Shown piece by piece: positions 8,317 through 15,358 of a stretch of 64,000 nt of DNA (positions are counted from its first letter, which is position 1; each line of letters opens with the position of its first letter). A model generated the notes under the pieces. It ran no database searches and had not been told where the DNA came from. It was given only the letters and a program-made list of their open reading frames with translations. This stretch comes from Escherichia coli (GTDB lineage: Bacteria; Pseudomonadota; Gammaproteobacteria; Enterobacterales; Enterobacteriaceae), in the NCBI RefSeq assembly GCF_001677475.2, contig NZ_CP015229.1. The stretch is one strand, 5' to 3'. Both the position numbers and the translations under genes were made by a program.

Positions 8317-8583
8317 TCATCGCATGGACATTTCTGATGAATCACTCTGCCCATCTTCCGTGTGCGCTAAGCTTGGATGTGCTCCACGCTTGTTTTTGCG
8401 CGAGCGGTTCTTGTACAGGTTCAGATCGCACTTCAGAGCTCCATCAGTTAGTTTCTCAAGCTCCAGAGCACGCCCTTTAGGTACAATTGCTCCCCATCGA
8501 GTAACAGCCACTTGCGATACATCTAAAGCGCGCGCAACCTTTGCTTTAGTTCCAAAAAACGCAACTGCGTCTTGTGTTTTCAT
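8317..8583 (-). CDS. Cro/YdaS-like HTH DNA-binding protein
   Basis: 88 aa with N-terminal HTH (KAKVARALDVSQVAVTRW); divergent from the XRE repressor gene across a ~95-bp intergenic region. Confidence 0.55.
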   Translation of the reverse strand: MKTQDAVAFFGTKAKVARALDVSQVAVTRWGAIVPKGRALELEKLTDGALKCDLNLYKNRSRKNKRGAHPSLAHTEDGQSDSSEMSMR

Positions 8584-8678
8584 ACCACCTCCAAATAACT
8601 TATGTTTATCTTACTTCTATAACCATAGTTAGTTCAAGTTAACATATATTAATGATTCAACTAGTAGAGAGGATCCCC
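8584..8678. promoter_or_regulatory. Divergent promoter/operator region of the prophage immunity switch (predicted)
   Basis: AT-rich spacer between divergent HTH genes containing partially symmetric AGTTCAAGTTAAC / TTCAACTAGTA elements; operator sites not defined. Confidence 0.3.
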
Positions 8679-9065
8679 ATGGAAATAAGCGAACGCATTA
8701 CTATGAGACGCAAAGAGTTAGGACTTACCAAACTAGCCCTAGCCAAGACGCTAGGGCTGTCAGGTGTCAGCATATTGAAGTGGGAAAATGGGCAAAACGA
8801 GCCAAGCGGGAAAAACCTTTTCGCTCTCAGTGACGCTCTAAAATGCTCCCCGGCATGGTTGCTTTTTGGTGACGAAGATAAGTCTCCGACGCCAGTTGAT
8901 GAACTTCCAACAGAATTAGACGAGCAGCAAACTCAACTACTGAGTTTATTCAATCAACTACCAGACTCGGAAAAAACCATATTAATCAATGAGATATCAG
9001 CAAGAGTTGAGAACTTCAACAAACTATTTGAAGAATTACTAAGGGTCAGAAAACAACGCAAATAA
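8679..9065 (+). CDS. XRE-family HTH repressor (CI-like, short, no peptidase domain)
   Basis: MEISERITMRRKELGLTKLALAKTLGLSGVSILKWENG has an HTH_XRE signature; GAGAGGA RBS before ATG 8679; no S24/LexA-like autocleavage domain is visible. Confidence 0.6.
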   Translation: MEISERITMRRKELGLTKLALAKTLGLSGVSILKWENGQNEPSGKNLFALSDALKCSPAWLLFGDEDKSPTPVDELPTELDEQQTQLLSLFNQLPDSEKTILINEISARVENFNKLFEELLRVRKQRK

Positions 9066-9070
9066 TTATA

Positions 9071-9104
9071 AAACGGCAATCTATTCAGTAGGTTGCCGTT
9101 TTCT
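9071..9104 (+). terminator. Rho-independent terminator downstream of the repressor gene
   Basis: Hairpin CGGCAATCTATTCAGTAGGTTGCCG followed by TTTTC. Confidence 0.45.
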
Positions 9105-9209
9105 CACCCCCAAAAAACTAACTTTTATTAATTTTTACTTGCCCTAAAAGTTATCTTTAGTTATTGTTTGTGGCGTTTAGTTAATGCAACAAAAGTTATA
9201 GACGAAATT

Positions 9210-9668
9210 ATGAACACTCAAAATGGCGAACTTGACTTATTTGACATAGCAGACGAATCACAGATTTTGAACGATTTACTCTCAGTTATTGCATCCGTAA
9301 TCACACATGCAAGCAACGAAATAAACGAAATTGAATCGTGCATGAGCATTGCCTGGAGGATTAGCTCTTCAATTAATGAAAACTTACTTAAGCTCACCAG
9401 AACAGCACAAGCTAAATCAGCGCGTTCATGCAAACAAAATTTAGCTATTAATTCACAGAATCGTCTTCGCCACCAACGCGAAGCCTGCGGCTTAACAACC
9501 GCCGAACTCGCCAGGCTGCTCGATCTCGATGAAGAAATTATCATCCAGTGGGAGAGCGGAGAGTATGAACCAACTATCAGTATGCTTATCCCACTGGCAA
9601 ATGTTCTTGGTTGCGACCCGATATGGCTGTTAACTGGTAAACCAACAGGTGGGGATACTTGCGCATGA
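9210..9668 (+). CDS. Hypothetical protein with C-terminal XRE-type HTH domain
   Basis: C-terminal GLTTAELARLLDLDEEIIIQWESGEYEPTISMLIPLANVLGCDPIWLL is a typical HTH_XRE; the N-terminal ~90 aa are unassigned; start codon uncertain (track ORF begins at 9168). Confidence 0.5.
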   Translation: MNTQNGELDLFDIADESQILNDLLSVIASVITHASNEINEIESCMSIAWRISSSINENLLKLTRTAQAKSARSCKQNLAINSQNRLRHQREACGLTTAELARLLDLDEEIIIQWESGEYEPTISMLIPLANVLGCDPIWLLTGKPTGGDTCA

Positions 9669-9907
9669 AAAACTGTGATGCTTACCACATATGTCTCATT
9701 GGTGAATTGCTTGATTGCATACAAAAAAGCGCTGAGCGCAATAATAAAAATATAACATACGGTAATCTGGCAATAATTTCAGAGGATATTAAGAGCATCG
9801 CTCTTAAATTCAAGAGCGATGCGAACATTGACGACACTATTTACGCTTATCTTGCGAAAATAGTTGACGGATCCAAAAACCAGCCTCTGGATGAGGACCG
9901 TCAGTAA
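9665..9907 (+). CDS. Hypothetical small protein (80 aa)
   Basis: ATG overlaps the upstream stop (ATGA); its 3' end overlaps a convergent minus-strand ORF. Confidence 0.35.
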   Translation: MKNCDAYHICLIGELLDCIQKSAERNNKNITYGNLAIISEDIKSIALKFKSDANIDDTIYAYLAKIVDGSKNQPLDEDRQ

Positions 9908-10064
9908 AAAATTCATTTGATGAACATGAGAAGTGCTTCATAAAATTTACTTTATCTTCAGGTGAAACCACCTGACGAATTAATGCAGAGATAGCGACTT
10001 TGTGCCACATTAATTCTTTTTTGAGCGCTGAAATTTCTTTTTCAAGTTGCTCTTCGTTAATCAT
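9837..10064 (-). CDS. Hypothetical small coiled-coil protein (75 aa)
   Basis: ATG at 10062-10064 is preceded by a GGAGGA Shine-Dalgarno; the protein (MINEEQLEKEISALKKEL...) is predicted helical; it overlaps the 3' end of the plus-strand ORF 9665..9907. Confidence 0.4.
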   Translation of the reverse strand: MINEEQLEKEISALKKELMWHKVAISALIRQVVSPEDKVNFMKHFSCSSNEFFTDGPHPEAGFWIRQLFSQDKRK

Positions 10065-10244
10065 TTTATCCTCCATTGAGAGCTGAATTGTAAATGGAGA
10101 CCAACACGCGGCTACGTGTGGTCGTGCGCCGGACACGGATAAGCATCCGGTAACTAATTATCAATCATTGAGGAAACAGTCTCAATATGAAAACACTTCT
10201 GAGACTCGCTATATAGCAGAACATATAAGTCAGCTGAGGAAGCC

Positions 10245-10610
10245 ATGAAAAAGTTCGAAAACATAACTGTTCTCCATGTTGATGACTTTGATTATACAAA
10301 CCCGGAACTTCTCCCGGAGGTTGTAAAGGCAATAGATGTTGCCGATATAGTGATTAGAGGAAAGAGAATTGTCAAAAACAGGCTCGCATGCACTTCAGGA
10401 GCAATGACAGAAACAACCTCACAACAAGATGATTATGAAGGCATTTGTCTGGAGCCTGACTCATTTGCGGTAAATGTTTATCATTTATTGCATGCAACAC
10501 AGGTATTACATATGTCAAGTAATCACGAAACAAAAACACTTGGCAGCGAAATTCTGAATTTTGCATGTGAATATGCAAAAGCTGCTGCCGAAAAAGAATT
10601 AGCGCAATAA
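10245..10610 (+). CDS. Hypothetical protein (121 aa)
   Basis: ORF with GAGGAA RBS upstream of the ATG; no recognised motifs. Confidence 0.45.
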   Translation: MKKFENITVLHVDDFDYTNPELLPEVVKAIDVADIVIRGKRIVKNRLACTSGAMTETTSQQDDYEGICLEPDSFAVNVYHLLHATQVLHMSSNHETKTLGSEILNFACEYAKAAAEKELAQ

Positions 10611-10806
10611 CAATAAATATTCCCTGAATGTTTATTACGGTTTTATCGCCGGGGATTGTTGCAACCTTTATTCGCAGGAGATTATGTTATGACTTTCCTG
10701 AAACATAAGGCATCGTATAAAACTGCCTGCCTCATTGCACAACATGGAGATTCTTATCTTCATATAGCCAACCTGTATTTGCGCAAAGCATATGGGAGAT
10801 AAGTCA

Positions 10807-10995
10807 ATGGAAGAAAAACAACTGAACATAACACATGAAAAAGTAAGAGTGTTGCTAACTATTGAAAATGGAAAAGTAATTTACTCAAAACATCTGCTGG
10901 ATAATGAATTCGTTGGCTGCATGGATACATTTCTGTGGATGGCAAAAAGAGCAGGCTACACGATTATTCCACCAGCAAAGGAGCAAACATTATGA
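10807..10995 (+). CDS. Hypothetical small protein (62 aa)
   Basis: Internal ATG with GGGAG RBS; its stop overlaps the next ATG (ATGA). Confidence 0.35.
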   Translation: MEEKQLNITHEKVRVLLTIENGKVIYSKHLLDNEFVGCMDTFLWMAKRAGYTIIPPAKEQTL

Positions 10996-11573
10996 ATCAT
11001 TCAGAGTTCCAACCAGAAGTTACGCCACATGGCATAAAAATTGGCAATACAACCATTGATTATGTTGAGGCCGTACAGCGACTTAATGATGGTGAGTACG
11101 ACAATCCATACTGGCACGGTTTAAGAATCATGCAATGTATTGCGGAAGCCGATGATGCCGGATTCCTGGGAAGATTTTCAGTCGATCTGAAGGTTGCTCA
11201 GTGGCGCTGGCTGTATGTAGCGAAATTTATCAGTGAAGAGGAAGACAAGAACGGCACCATTGATATCCCTAACGATAACGGAACTACAGATCGCGCAGTT
11301 ATTTATAAGGGGAAGCATGGTTGCATGAGTATATACCCAGGGCCACTTCGCATTGCCCTGCAAAACCATGTCGAATGGGGATTCATTGAAAAATATGGCG
11401 AAGCTGAAGGCATGGGGCGAGTTCTGTTTCTCTATCAAAAAATGCTCATCGCAGATCCTGATAATGGCTTCATTGTCTCTGCTATGGGACGAGAAGGGCT
11501 TGAACTTCTTCTGGATGAAATGATTCACGATCTGAATACTCATGGTATGCCAGAAACACCAGTGGCACATTAA
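10992..11573 (+). CDS. Hypothetical protein (193 aa)
   Basis: ATG overlaps the upstream stop; no recognised motifs. Confidence 0.5.
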   Translation: MNHSEFQPEVTPHGIKIGNTTIDYVEAVQRLNDGEYDNPYWHGLRIMQCIAEADDAGFLGRFSVDLKVAQWRWLYVAKFISEEEDKNGTIDIPNDNGTTDRAVIYKGKHGCMSIYPGPLRIALQNHVEWGFIEKYGEAEGMGRVLFLYQKMLIADPDNGFIVSAMGREGLELLLDEMIHDLNTHGMPETPVAH

Positions 11574-11575
11574 AT

Positions 11576-11854
11576 ATGTCAAATCAGAATAAAATTAATG
11601 TATTTCAGGTTGAGTCAAAACATAAAACACCTGTGATAAAACACGTTCGCCGCCATACACGCATCTATACGCCAGAAGAGTTTATGGCAATGCCAATGAT
11701 AAAGAAACTCATACGAGACAATCCCGGTCTCGTTGCTATAGATAAAAACAGTGGAGAAATAATGTTATCACGTGAGATTGCCGAAATTTACTGTAGCGTG
11801 AATAACAGTAAAAAGTTGAAAAAGGCAATCAGAAAGATATCAGGAGGAGCATGA
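11576..11854 (+). CDS. Hypothetical basic protein (92 aa)
   Basis: ORF immediately after the previous stop; its own stop overlaps the next ATG. Confidence 0.45.
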   Translation: MSNQNKINVFQVESKHKTPVIKHVRRHTRIYTPEEFMAMPMIKKLIRDNPGLVAIDKNSGEIMLSREIAEIYCSVNNSKKLKKAIRKISGGA

Positions 11855-12039
11855 ATATTTATTTCAGAATAGTCATATCACTGGCAATTATCGCATGCAT
11901 TTACGGATTACTCGTCCCGTTTCTGATATCAATGAAGGATACGGTAGCGGTAATTTCTGGCTTTGCACTGACGTTTCTGACCCCGCCATGCATTTATGCC
12001 ATTTATAAGGGGCTTTCTTTCACTAAGGATAAAAGATGA
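11851..12039 (+). CDS. Small hydrophobic membrane protein (62 aa)
   Basis: Two hydrophobic stretches (IVISLAIIACIYGLLVPFLI and VAVISGFALTFLTPPCIYAIY); translationally coupled on both sides (ATGA overlaps). Confidence 0.45.
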   Translation: MNIYFRIVISLAIIACIYGLLVPFLISMKDTVAVISGFALTFLTPPCIYAIYKGLSFTKDKR

Positions 12040-12863
12040 AAAAAATTATTTTTTCTTTAGCCATTGTTCTGCCTGCCATTGGCCTTGTCGGTTGTGATCG
12101 TGTTGAACCAGGTAATGTTGGCATCAAGGTAAATAAACTGGGCGACGACAAAGGCGTCGGTGAGGTGGTCGGTGTTGGTCGCTACTGGACTGGCTGGAAT
12201 ACTGAAGTTTACATCTTCCCCACCTTCAAGCAAATGAAGACCTACGATGAACCGTTCAGTTTCCAGATGAGTGACGGTACAACCATCGGCTATCACATTG
12301 GCGTGGCCTACAAAGTTGATCCATCCAAAGTTACCACGGTGTTTCAGACTTACCGCAAAGGCGTGGATGACATTACCGACACTGACCTGCGCCAGAAGAT
12401 CGCCGACGCACTCAACCGACTGGCCAGCAAAATGACCACTGACAAATTTATCGACGGCGGGAAGTCTGAACTACTGGATGCAGCTCTTAAAGACATTCAG
12501 GCAGAGATGACACCTATCGGTATTCAGGTAATGAGCCTCTCATATGTGGGTAAGCCGGAGTACCCGCCTACTGTTATCGACAGCATTAATGCCAAAGTCA
12601 CGGCGAACCAGAAAACACTGCAGCGCGAGCAGGAAGTTAAACAGCGCGAAGCGGAAGCCAACATGTTGCGCGCGGAAGCTGCCGGACAGGCTGATGCGAT
12701 TCGCACAAAAGCCCAGGCCGAAGCCGATGCTATTCGTTTACGCGGTGAAGCTCTGCGCCAGAACCCCGGTGTTATGGAGCTGGAAGCCATCAATAAATGG
12801 AACGGCACACTGCCGCAATACATGACCAGCGGTGCCAATACACCATTTATCCAGGTTAAATAA
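12036..12863 (+). CDS. SPFH/band-7 (stomatin/prohibitin-like) domain lipoprotein
   Basis: Signal peptide with lipobox LVGC; body resembles SPFH domain proteins, followed by an Ala/Glu/Gln-rich coiled-coil (QREQEVKQREAEANMLRAEAAGQADAIRTKAQAEADAIRLRGEA). Confidence 0.6.
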   Translation: MKKIIFSLAIVLPAIGLVGCDRVEPGNVGIKVNKLGDDKGVGEVVGVGRYWTGWNTEVYIFPTFKQMKTYDEPFSFQMSDGTTIGYHIGVAYKVDPSKVTTVFQTYRKGVDDITDTDLRQKIADALNRLASKMTTDKFIDGGKSELLDAALKDIQAEMTPIGIQVMSLSYVGKPEYPPTVIDSINAKVTANQKTLQREQEVKQREAEANMLRAEAAGQADAIRTKAQAEADAIRLRGEALRQNPGVMELEAINKWNGTLPQYMTSGANTPFIQVK

Positions 12864-12903
12864 CTTATATGCCCGGCAGAACGCCGGGCTAAGGAAAAAA
12901 CAG

Positions 12904-13275
12904 ATGAATACCCAGAATACTCAACCGCAAATAATGAATTATGACCCGAATCTGACGTCATGCGGACGCATGGCAAAACAAACCGTTCGATTAACTTTCG
13001 GGCTATGGGAATACCGCGAAACATTCGAAGTTACTGTCGGTGGCAACCTGACCGGACTCGATGTTATCAGTTGCGCTATTGAAAGTCTGTACGCAACTCT
13101 GCCTTATGAAGAAGTCCAGAATGAGCGCACAGGGGGAACGGATATCATGGCTACCATTAATATTGGCGAACTGACATGCCAGGATGAAGACCTGTCCGGA
13201 GAGCTCTGGCTTGCCGGGATGCTTATCTCAGCAGAAATTATCAGTATTGAACCCGCTACAAACATACGGCTTTGA
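12904..13275 (+). CDS. Hypothetical protein (123 aa)
   Basis: Internal ATG of track ORF 12832..13275 with an A-rich RBS region. Confidence 0.4.
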   Translation: MNTQNTQPQIMNYDPNLTSCGRMAKQTVRLTFGLWEYRETFEVTVGGNLTGLDVISCAIESLYATLPYEEVQNERTGGTDIMATINIGELTCQDEDLSGELWLAGMLISAEIISIEPATNIRL

Positions 13276-13306
13276 AGTTCTCACTATTCAGAGAGCAGGA
13301 GAAAAA

Positions 13307-13549
13307 ATGTTCGCTTTGATTAATCAGGGACAGCTGTATACCGACAGTGCCGGTTACCCGGTAAAAATTATTCGCTGCATAAATAACACTGTGTTGTACA
13401 GAAGAATGGATGGGCGAACACAGTCGGTAAAAATAAACGATTTTAATGAAATGTTTGAACGGCTCGATCACCTAGAATACCGACAAATTCAGGCAGAAGC
13501 AGAGCAGGAAACTCATCTAAAAAAATTACGGGCCATGAAAAGGAAGTAA
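13307..13549 (+). CDS. Hypothetical protein (80 aa)
   Basis: ATG with AGGAGA RBS (cagagagcaggagaaaaaATG). Confidence 0.4.
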   Translation: MFALINQGQLYTDSAGYPVKIIRCINNTVLYRRMDGRTQSVKINDFNEMFERLDHLEYRQIQAEAEQETHLKKLRAMKRK

Positions 13550-13707
13550 AGAATGAATAAAGCGTTTGAACTATAGGTACGCCAGCGTTACGGCAATCGC
13601 TATGATCTGACGCGAGATGTTGACGGTTTCTACTGTCGTGAAATTGTGAAACGAATGTTTGAAGTGTGGTGCCACTGCCGTGGGCTAAATGTTGTATGAG
13701 GTGAACT

Positions 13708-13917
13708 GTGGGGCTGGATTGCGTACCTATATCAACCTACTGCCGCAACGCAGGAGAAACGGTTGATGCCGTTAACAAACGGATACAAAGAGGAATATGG
13801 AAAGAAGGGGTACATGTATTAAAAGTCGACGGAGTTAAAGAACGTTGGGTCGACTTAATGGAGATTACAAAATGGGCAAGAAAGAACAAGGATCATTATC
13901 TCTCCCCAGAGGAGTAA
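13708..13917 (+). CDS. Excisionase-like protein (putative Xis)
   Basis: 69-aa ORF with GTG start and GAGGTG RBS, immediately upstream of and overlapping the integrase gene; small winged-helix-like protein typical of Xis. Confidence 0.45.
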   Translation: MGLDCVPISTYCRNAGETVDAVNKRIQRGIWKEGVHVLKVDGVKERWVDLMEITKWARKNKDHYLSPEE

Positions 13918-15044
13918 CTATTCGCCAGCATAAAACTGGCAGCACCATGGTTATCACTTTTACATATAAAGGGGTTCTGTGTCGGGAGCCCCTCTCCAGA
14001 ATGGAAGTAAATGCGCGCGGTGTGAAGTACGCCGAGCGTCTGCTGGGAGAAATAAAAAATCAGATTATCGATGGTACCTTCGAATATGCAAAATACTTCC
14101 CCAACTCCCAAAAACTGGAGCTGTTCGGGGGAGTGAAAAAAAACAAAAATATAAAATCTTACCTGGATGAATACCTGATTATCTGCCAGAACCGTAACCT
14201 GTCACCATCGACAATTAAAGGTTATGAAAAATGCCTGTCGGCGCTGTCAGCACTGCACAAATTTCATGTATCAGAACTGACGCCAGCAGTACTCAAAAAC
14301 TGGATCGCCAGCAGAAAAACAAAACTGAAAACGATCCGCAATAATCTTTCATTTCTGCGCAGCGCCATAGATGAAGCGGTAACAGATGGTTTGTTAACAA
14401 TAAATCCTGTCACGCTAGTCAGCGCCAGCCGATATCACGTATTAGACAACACACCAGGCAGTGATGATTACGAGGTCGATCCTTTTACGCCAGCGGAGAC
14501 AGCAGCAATCTATGACGCCTGTCATTACCCGGAATGGCGAAATCTGTTTCGCTTCGCCTTTAATACCGGGCTGCGCAGCTCAGAATTGTGCGCGCTGCGC
14601 TGGACAGATATAGACTTCATCGACAACACAGCGCATGTCCAGACTGCAAGCGTAGTCGGGGTAATCAAAAGCACCAAAACAAAAGCCGGCACTCGCAAAG
14701 TACAACTGAACAGCGAAGCGCTGGCGGCTCTTCAGGCACAAAAGCCCTACACAGCGCTAAAAAGCGACTTTATATTCAGCGATCCGAAAACTCGCGCCCC
14801 TTGGGCAAACGCGGACGCGATTCGAAAAAAAGCCTGGCTACCAACCCTTAAAAAGGCTGGAGTACGCTATCGCAATCCGTACCAGACACGCCACACGTTC
14901 GCCACTAGGCACATTAGCCAGGGCGTTAATCTGTTCTGGCTTGCTGGTCAGATGGGGCATAAAGGACCGGAAATGCTGTTCAGACATTACGGTTCTTACC
15001 TTGCAGAATACGATGGAAAAACGGCGATTTCTGCAACCCCGTGA
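13872..15044 (+). CDS. Phage tyrosine integrase (IntR/IntS-like)
   Basis: C-terminal catalytic region with RHTFATRHISQGVNLFWLAGQMGHKGPEMLFRHYGSYL (R/H/Y motif region); N-terminal arm-binding-like domain; GGAG RBS before ATG 13872. Confidence 0.8.
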   Translation: MGKKEQGSLSLPRGVTIRQHKTGSTMVITFTYKGVLCREPLSRMEVNARGVKYAERLLGEIKNQIIDGTFEYAKYFPNSQKLELFGGVKKNKNIKSYLDEYLIICQNRNLSPSTIKGYEKCLSALSALHKFHVSELTPAVLKNWIASRKTKLKTIRNNLSFLRSAIDEAVTDGLLTINPVTLVSASRYHVLDNTPGSDDYEVDPFTPAETAAIYDACHYPEWRNLFRFAFNTGLRSSELCALRWTDIDFIDNTAHVQTASVVGVIKSTKTKAGTRKVQLNSEALAALQAQKPYTALKSDFIFSDPKTRAPWANADAIRKKAWLPTLKKAGVRYRNPYQTRHTFATRHISQGVNLFWLAGQMGHKGPEMLFRHYGSYLAEYDGKTAISATP

Positions 15045-15313
15045 CGGCAAAATATTTCAAAATGTTGTACATAATCAGGACGTTACAGGGACAACAATAT
15101 GTACGTAAAATGCACATAATTCCTTGTTTGAAAAAATAAATCGTTCATATTCAATAAATTGGATTAATCACGATCACGGGTTCAACTCCCGCCAGCCAAT
15201 CATGATTGGACGGTGTAAGGACAACACCAACAAAAACAGGAAGTTAGAAGTCTCAGCAGGACACCGACCAGACGGTGAGGAGACATAAAAGGATACGCAA
15301 AGGAGCCGCGGCT

Positions 15314-15340
15314 CCTGGTGACATGAAAGCCCACAGATGT
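15314..15340 (+). terminator. Rho-independent terminator-like hairpin in the int-ypjA intergenic region
   Basis: AGCCCACAGATGTGGGCT followed by TTTTT. Confidence 0.4.
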
Positions 15341-15358
15341 GGGCTTTTTCGTTGATGG

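Larger units (their letters stand above)
1..15300. mobile_element. Lambdoid prophage-like element (partial; continues beyond window start); right end near integrase
   Basis: Gene order int/xis - cargo operon - XRE repressor / divergent Cro-like - ORF6N antirepressor - O-like, DnaC-like, DnaB-like - Q-like, all on strands consistent with a lambda-type map; abuts the conserved ypjA gene. Confidence 0.6.
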
